Below are positions 48,221 to 49,395 of a DNA stretch of 49,395 nt, piece by piece. The translations under genes were made by a program, and so were the position numbers. Under the pieces are notes generated by a model. It was not told where the DNA came from, ran no database searches, and was given only the letters and a program-made list of their open reading frames with translations. Positions within the stretch are counted from its first letter, which is position 1, and each line of letters opens with the position of its first letter. The stretch lies in assembly GCF_001194135.2 (NCBI RefSeq), contig NC_068981.1:103224788-103274182 (forward strand), written 5' to 3'. Source of the DNA: Octopus bimaculoides. Taxonomy: Eukaryota.

Positions 48221-48278
<58 letters not shown>

Positions 48279-48787
48279 GGTGTGTGTGTGTATTCATGTA
48301 TTTATGTATGTATATATGTATATATATATATACACGTATGTAGTATGAGTTTGCGCACACAATCTCACATATACACATACTCCGAAACATAAAACGTTTT
48401 TTAAAATTACTGTAGCGAATATAAAGTCTATGACTGTAATATATAATGAGATTAAGAAAACTGTAATAATACGGAATGAAAATTGAAAAAGAAAAATTTC
48501 AAATATATTAAAATTCAAAAGGCGATTTCACAAATTCAAGCAAGGGAATCTATGAAGCGCATTGAAAGGAATGGAGATAGCCATATCGATCTTTGACTGA
48601 AGAATCCATCCAATTCTTTATATTATGTAGTTTTCAGCTGACAGAGAATGGTTTCCCTACACATTGGCAATTCTGATAGTTTTGAGGAAAGATATAAATA
48701 GGAGACGTAGAAATAAAAGGAGGGGGATGGTGAAGAGGTGAAGATTCGATATGTACGTATGTGTACATTCACATATGTGTGTGTGTG

Positions 48788-48791
<4 letters not shown>

Positions 48792-48884
<93 letters not shown>

Positions 48885-48891
48885 GCGTGTA

Positions 48892-48922
<31 letters not shown>
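48792..48922. repeat. (TA)n microsatellite with interruptions
   Basis: Directly visible. Confidence 0.97.
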
Positions 48923-48927
<5 letters not shown>

Positions 48928-49042
48928 TGTACATATATATATGCGTATGTCTGTTTATTTCTCCTCCCACTTTCTCTAACGCTTTTTATATACACACACA
49001 CGCACATACACATACACACACACACACGTGTGTATTTATATA

Positions 49043-49091
<49 letters not shown>

Positions 49092-49100
49092 TATATACAT

Positions 49101-49395
49101 TCTTTTACTCTTCTACTTTTTTCAGTCATTTGAGTGCGGCCATGGTGCAGCAACGTCTTGAAGAGTTTTAGCCGAAGAAATCAACTCCAGAACTTGTTAT
49201 TCGTAAGCCTATTACTTGTTCCGTCATATTCTTTTGCCTAACCGCTAAGTAACGGGGATATAAACACACCAGCATCGGTTATCATGCGATGGTGGGGAGA
49301 AAAACACAGACACACACACACACAAATATATATATAATAAATAACAAATGAAAGACAGTTGATGGAATATACGAGAATATATATATATATATATA
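49101..49395 (-). mobile_element. F1 SINE 3' body plus internal microsatellite (head lies beyond the window end)
   Basis: The reverse complement aligns with 30999-31196 (TGTGTTT...GATAACCGATGCTGGTGTGTTTA...CCATGGCCGCACTCAAATGACTGAAA). Confidence 0.88.

Overview
AT-rich, intron/intergenic-like eukaryotic DNA from a gappy draft assembly. There are 19 N-runs, many flanked by (TA)n. The microsatellite density and the tRNA-derived SINE types suggest an octopod such as Octopus; this is recognition from memory, not a search result. Almost all ORFs in the supplied track are microsatellite or N artefacts. Supported content: about 15 copies of several tRNA-SINE families, decayed RTE-type LINE pieces, and two families of R4/Dong-like restriction-endonuclease (RLE) retrotransposons. 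There is also a hAT MITE with perfect TIRs and an 8-bp TSD, a 2.3-kb Academ-like transposase pseudogene, and a few candidate host exons on both strands that I cannot name. Main discovery: a non-coding ~340-nt tandem retroelement family carrying a minimal type I hammerhead ribozyme. One insertion (11374-12024) has an inverted composite structure, a perfect 13-bp TSD and one hammerhead with an intact core. A diverged sister family (45858-46290) keeps the ribozyme fold and two further hairpins at equivalent positions despite different sequence. This points to a Penelope-dependent retrozyme-like RNA system.
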